Part shown: positions 18,910 to 23,286 of the stretch, piece by piece | How the letters are laid out: each line of letters opens with the position of its first letter | Position numbering within the stretch: position 1 is the stretch's first letter | NCBI GenBank assembly: GCA_041586955.1 | Contig: JBFGZE010000051.1 | Span: 1-23,286, forward strand | Reading direction: 5' to 3' | DNA length: 23,286 bases | DNA from: Bacteriovoracaceae bacterium | GTDB taxonomy: Bacteria > Bdellovibrionota > Bacteriovoracia > Bacteriovoracales > Bacteriovoracaceae | Translations under genes and position numbers: made by a program | Notes under the pieces: model-generated | Database searches by the model: none | Told to the model about the DNA's origin: nothing | The model's input: the letters and a program-made list of their open reading frames with translations, nothing else

Positions 18910-19590
18910 CTAGAATAAGCGTGGTAAACCGGCCCCTAAAGTCTCTTCTAAATGAGACTGGAGCCATTTATATTTAATTAAATATTTTTCTTGAAGTGGT
19001 GCTTGATGCGCTAGAAATTGATAAATATTATCAACTTCGGGCCATGATACTCGGCAAAACCCCTCCACTGGGGTGCCCGGAACGATATGCGCAAAGCGGT
19101 TAATTTCGCTCCCATAAATTCCTGTCAGGATCTGAGTTTTAATATTGAATTGAGTTTCCGTTAAATTGATTACTTCTTCTGGAAAGCAATTATAATTAAC
19201 GCTAAAAACGTCGGTTTTAGGTGCGAATGTTTGGTGGACAGCGTAGGATACATCTTGGTGATGAGGGTGACCATATTCGCCGATAATTCCGTGAGTATAA
19301 ACTTTTTTGGGGAGAGGTAATTGCGAGAGTCTTTCCTTTACTTTTAAAATAGGTAACCTCTTATCAAAAACATCTGGAAAATCCCAATGCTCAAAGTCGG
19401 CCACTTTAAGGGAGTGGCATGCTTTGGTGAATTGTTGACGGCGTAATTGTTCATGGCCATCGGCATTGCCATTAGTAATACAAATAATTTTCCATGGAAT
19501 TTCTTTTTTTGATTGGATTAGGCCAGCAAAATATATACTTTCATCATCAGGATGAGCAACAACGATAAGATTATAAGTATTGTAGGACAT
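18910..19590 (-). CDS. PIG-L/LmbE family N-acetyl-sugar deacetylase
   Basis: VVAHPDDES, CITNG and THGIIGEYGHPHH metal-binding motifs. AAGGAGAC RBS. Confidence 0.9.
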   Translation of the reverse strand: MSYNTYNLIVVAHPDDESIYFAGLIQSKKEIPWKIICITNGNADGHEQLRRQQFTKACHSLKVADFEHWDFPDVFDKRLPILKVKERLSQLPLPKKVYTHGIIGEYGHPHHQDVSYAVHQTFAPKTDVFSVNYNCFPEEVINLTETQFNIKTQILTGIYGSEINRFAHIVPGTPVEGFCRVSWPEVDNIYQFLAHQAPLQEKYLIKYKWLQSHLEETLGAGLPRLF

Positions 19591-20057
19591 ATTTGTCTCC
19601 TCTTTGATAATAATATCATAAGAGATTTTAAAATGTATCGACCTTAATAATAGCTTTCAAAATTCAATTTAAGCGAAGACATTCTACTAAATCATTAAGC
19701 TACGAAACAACAACACAATTCTGGTCTGATTTAAGAGAATCGACTTTTTGATCAACTTCAATATCCTACTTTTCTAGAGTTTGATATTAATAACCCATTG
19801 CCAAATAAAGTACTATTTAACTTACCAGATTCGTTTTATTCAGTAGTAGACTTAGCAGTATCGGCCGGCATGGGTGAAAATGATGTTATAAAAAAGAATG
19901 AATATCATTAAGTTGCTATTTAGATCAGTAGTGATCTGAATTACACGGGAATTTTAACAGAGAGATAATGATAATAGGGGTTATTGTGTAGGCCTATGAT
20001 GGTTCGCTTTTTACACCAAATTCGACATTAAAGTCTTCTCTACGTTAATATTAGAAT

Positions 20058-20693
20058 ATGAAAATTTTAAAATGTAGCAATCCAAGAGATGCGGCAATTA
20101 AGGCAAATGAGTGGTGTGAACAAGCCGTTACTGAATTGCAGGCCAATAAGATGTATATTCCTGCAGGCAACACCCCAAAATTACTTTATGAATTATGGGA
20201 AGGGAATCGGCCGGGCTATTTAGAAGGGCTATCTCTTTTTCAAATTGACGAGGTTATCAGTAGTACGGGAAAAGGTATGTTCGAGGCCTTCTTTAATGAA
20301 CATTTGCCAACCTATAAACAACAAGTGAATTTTATTAATGAAGAGTGGAGCCAGGCCGAGATCGCGGTGTTAGGTTTAGGCCTTAATGGCCATGTGGCCT
20401 TTCATGAACCAAATATTCCGCGCCATTTTACTTTTGGCCGTGTTGAATTGGCCGATGATACCTGTGAAAACCTTAATATACCCAATAAAAGCTGGGGACT
20501 TTCTTATGGCCTTGGAGCTTTTTTGAATTGTAAAAGAATTTTACTAATTGTTTGCGGTAAAAATAAAAAAGATATTTTACAAAAAGTTTTAGATAATAAT
20601 CCTGATGTTCCAGCAGCAGCGTTACTTTCTCATCCGGGCCTTACCATTTTGGCCGATGAAGCAGCATGGCCTGAAGGTCTGATTTCAAGCTAG
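20058..20693 (+). CDS. nagB: Glucosamine-6-phosphate deaminase (NagB)/6-phosphogluconolactonase family protein
   Basis: PAGNTP, FQIDE, LGLGLNGHVAFHEP (NagB consensus LGIGxNGHIxFNEP), LSYGLG...ILLIVCGKNK, PAAALLSHP. Confidence 0.75.
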   Translation: MKILKCSNPRDAAIKANEWCEQAVTELQANKMYIPAGNTPKLLYELWEGNRPGYLEGLSLFQIDEVISSTGKGMFEAFFNEHLPTYKQQVNFINEEWSQAEIAVLGLGLNGHVAFHEPNIPRHFTFGRVELADDTCENLNIPNKSWGLSYGLGAFLNCKRILLIVCGKNKKDILQKVLDNNPDVPAAALLSHPGLTILADEAAWPEGLISS

Positions 20694-20700
20694 GATAAAG

Positions 20701-21210
20701 CTATTCTTTTTTTTTAAACTCAGCTTCGAATGTATTGCTATCCACTTGACGGGGCCCTCGATTGTCTTGCTCAAATGATTGGGATGAAGAGGAATAATAA
20801 GAGAAACCTCTGCCACTTCCAAAACTTGCAAATTTAACATTTCCTTTAGCAATGGCACGAGCAAAATAATTTTTCACTAATTGAGCAATGATATGCCTCG
20901 TTCCTGGAAACACCATGGAGATACCAAGTATATCTGTGAGAAAGCCAGGTGTTAAAAGTAAAAGCCCACCACCAAAAACTAAAAGAGCATGAATGAATTG
21001 GCTTGTCGGGACCGAGCCCTTTTGTAAGTCCTCTTGAATTTTACCTAGTATGGCGAGGCCTTGAGATCTTGCTAAACTTGCTCCTATAACGCCGGTGAGA
21101 AGAACAATAATGAGAGTATTTAAACCGCCAATTTGGCCGCCAATACTGAAGAGGAGATAGATTTCTAGCGCAGGGATAACAGTGAATAATAGAACTAATA
21201 TGGTAAACAT
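20701..21210 (-). CDS. fxsA: FxsA family membrane protein
   Basis: IPALEIYLL, TGVIGASLARSQG and GGLLLLTPGFLTDILG motifs. GAGG RBS. Confidence 0.93.
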   Translation of the reverse strand: MFTILVLLFTVIPALEIYLLFSIGGQIGGLNTLIIVLLTGVIGASLARSQGLAILGKIQEDLQKGSVPTSQFIHALLVFGGGLLLLTPGFLTDILGISMVFPGTRHIIAQLVKNYFARAIAKGNVKFASFGSGRGFSYYSSSSQSFEQDNRGPRQVDSNTFEAEFKKKE

Positions 21211-21750
21211 TTATGCCTCATTTTTCAGTTACTGTTAATATGGGCCCATTTTTGTCAGTGTCAAGATAGTCTGGTCTTAAGCATACTGAATATTGATAAA
21301 GATCTCACGAATTGAAGAGTGTGGAAATACTTTTTATTTAGCGAACGAAAAGATTTTTGAAAACCTCGAGCTGTTGATCCGTCAAAAATAGCTCTATCAG
21401 GGACCTTTAGCTTATGGATTGAAGCGAAATAATAATGACAATTAATACGAAGTTGTAAAGAAATTGAGAATCTTCTATATAAAGATGAGTCTACGGCGCG
21501 TAAATTAAGCATTTGATCAGGATCACCCGAGCGTTGGTCCAGAGCGTCTCGTCATAACTGTGGAAAAAATGGTTACTGCCTCGTTCTCTTTACCCTTTTC
21601 CATATTTTGTGGGCACATTTGTATCCAATTATTTTTATTGAGAAAGGGCGCTAGGTTGCTTGAATCAAAAAGAACAGCAAAACTTTATTTTTGGCCGACT
21701 AAATTAATACATCTTCTCATCTATAATTATTTAAAATAAGCGGAGGCAAT

Positions 21751-23286
21751 GTGAAAAATCTATTTTTATGTATTTTACTTGGTGCATTCTCCTGTGTGCC
21801 TGAACAAAAAGTTGGGGATAAGTTTGAAGTTTCTCTCTCTGAAGAGGGTGGAGCTTCGGTGACTATGACTGGCGCTCAGCTCTACACAATTAACTGTGCA
21901 AGCTGTCACGGGGCTTTAGAGTCTTCCTTGAAAAGGGGCTCCTCTTCTGCTTCTATTCTTCAAGCAGTCGAGAATGTTCCTGGAATGAGTCATTTAAATA
22001 AATTAACGGGTGTGCAGATTGATGCTATTGCTACAGCTCTTGCGACTACATCTTCAGAAACGGCATCTGCTCCGGCACCTGCTCCGGCACCTGCTCCGGC
22101 ACCAGCACCGGCACCAGCACCGGCACCAGCACCGGCACCAGCACCGGCACCGGCTCCGGCACCATCACCGGCACCATCACCGGCACCGGCACCAGCACCA
22201 GCACCAGCTGGTAATAGCTATCTTTCTTCGATTTTCATTCAATCGGGTAGTATGAATTCATATACAGATGCTGCAGGAGTTGTTTGGCAGTCTGATCGTT
22301 ATGTTTCTGGAGGTGAAATTGTTGATAGAGGGGCCTCTGTTGCAATTGAAAATACGAATAGTGATCGCTTATACCAAACAGAAAGATGGGGGCTGTCTCA
22401 GTATGAAGTTCCTGTTGAAAATGGAACATATACTGTAAAATTACACTTTGCTGAGACTAATAAATATTATGTTTCTGGCAAAAGAGTTTTTGGTGTTAAT
22501 GTTGAAAATAAGTCACTTGCAAACATTGATGTATTTAATGAAGCCGGTGGATTATACAAAGCTATCATTAAAACAATAAGTGAAGTTTCAGTAAATGACA
22601 GTAAGCTTAACATCAATTTTATCAGAAATCTTGATAATCCTATCATTAATGCTATTGAGATCCATAAGACGTCAGCGACTCCTCTAGACCCTAGTGTTAC
22701 GACGGAAGCACCGGCTCCAGCACCTGAAGTGGCGCCTACCGTCCCACAAAACCTAGTTTCATCAAATATTACTTCCAGTTCTGTTATGCTTTCTTTTAGT
22801 GCATCCAGTGATAGTGATGGTATATTAGGCTATAAGGTTTATAGAGATGGGTCGTATTTGGCAACAAGCACAACGACGACATATACAGACACAGGTCTTC
22901 GTGCTTCTACCACTTATACATATACAGTTAGAGCATTAGATAAAAAATCAAATGAGTCAGCTCTATCGAGTGCAGTAACAGTTAAGACTTTATCTGCTCC
23001 AGTTCAGTCAGGAGCTCTTGTACCTCCTTATCTACCATTGCCATTGTATTCAAAAGATAGTGTTTGGAATACGCCCATTCCATCAAATCCAGCAATCGAT
23101 CCAAACTCTGGTGCGATGGTTCAGGCATTGGTTAAGGCCACGGGGACTTATGATCCAATATTAAATATGCGTACATGGTCAGTTCCTGTGTATGTTGCGG
23201 ATGCAAAAACACCTCGCTATGATGTCAAAATTACTGGTTCCAATACTAAGTACGGATTTCAAGCGATGGTCAATGTTCCTATCCCT
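21751..23286 (+). CDS. Multidomain lipoprotein (5' part; runs off the window): cytochrome c + AP linker + malectin + Fn3 + uncharacterised domain
   Basis: GTG 21751 follows GGAGG, with 512 codons and no stop; absent from the ORF track. Lipobox-like GAFS-C15; GAQLYTINCASCHG...VPGM; malectin LYQTERWG...YTVKLHFAE...RVFGVNVE...INAIEI; Fn3 APTVPQNL...GYKVYRDG...YTDTGL...YTYTVRALD. Confidence 0.92.
   Translation, partial: MKNLFLCILLGAFSCVPEQKVGDKFEVSLSEEGGASVTMTGAQLYTINCASCHGALESSLKRGSSSASILQAVENVPGMSHLNKLTGVQIDAIATALATTSSETASAPAPAPAPAPAPAPAPAPAPAPAPAPAPAPAPSPAPSPAPAPAPAPAGNSYLSSIFIQSGSMNSYTDAAGVVWQSDRYVSGGEIVDRGASVAIENTNSDRLYQTERWGLSQYEVPVENGTYTVKLHFAETNKYYVSGKRVFGVNVENKSLANIDVFNEAGGLYKAIIKTISEVSVNDSKLNINFIRNLDNPIINAIEIHKTSATPLDPSVTTEAPAPAPEVAPTVPQNLVSSNITSSSVMLSFSASSDSDGILGYKVYRDGSYLATSTTTTYTDTGLRASTTYTYTVRALDKKSNESALSSAVTVKTLSAPVQSGALVPPYLPLPLYSKDSVWNTPIPSNPAIDPNSGAMVQALVKATGTYDPILNMRTWSVPVYVADAKTPRYDVKITGSNTKYGFQAMVNVPIP
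22069..22206 (+). repeat. Hexanucleotide-period repeat encoding 23 X-Pro dipeptides (21 AP, 2 SP)
   Basis: GCWCCD units (two are TCACCG), read in the frame of the 21751 ORF. Confidence 0.95.

Noticed and set aside
21211..21750. 540-bp intergenic region, including ORF 21261-21512 and a possible riboswitch
   Set aside because: The ORF has no RBS or motif, the plus-strand frames are interrupted by stops, and no c-di-GMP or other riboswitch consensus was recognised.
22010..22255. 81-aa His/Arg-rich ORF (RHQHRHQH...)
   Set aside because: Alternative-frame reading of the Ala-Pro repeat inside the 21751 gene; not a real His-rich protein.
22235..22429. 64-aa minus-strand ORF
   Set aside because: Antisense to the malectin domain.

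Overview
AT-rich bacterial chromosomal window. The gene content (PilT-like paralogue, matrixin with a GGCGTI tail, LspA-HAMP-like protein, cytochrome c lipoprotein) suggests Bdellovibrionota/Bacteriovoracia, but this is inference only. Recognisable genes: universal stress protein, PilT/PilU-like ATPase, ECF sigma/anti-sigma pair, recQ, DUF374 acyltransferase, OM beta-barrel plus matrixin operon, DUF445, compact clpB with a sigma32-type promoter, DUF924, DUF938 methyltransferase, pterin-4a-carbinolamine dehydratase, PIG-L deacetylase, NagB-like protein and fxsA. No rRNA, tRNA, CRISPR array or transposase was seen. The most notable items: (1) a large ORF missing from the ORF track (21751 to the window end) encoding lipobox + monohaem cytochrome c + (AP)23 linker + malectin + Fn3 + an uncharacterised domain; (2) a DUF968/HNH-like domain with a 153-bp tandem-repeat, lysine-rich tail just upstream of recQ; (3) YbaN-SDR and LspA-HAMP-like fusions; (4) a CTERM-like tail on the matrixin; (5) a gene broken by a single-base frameshift at about 18110.
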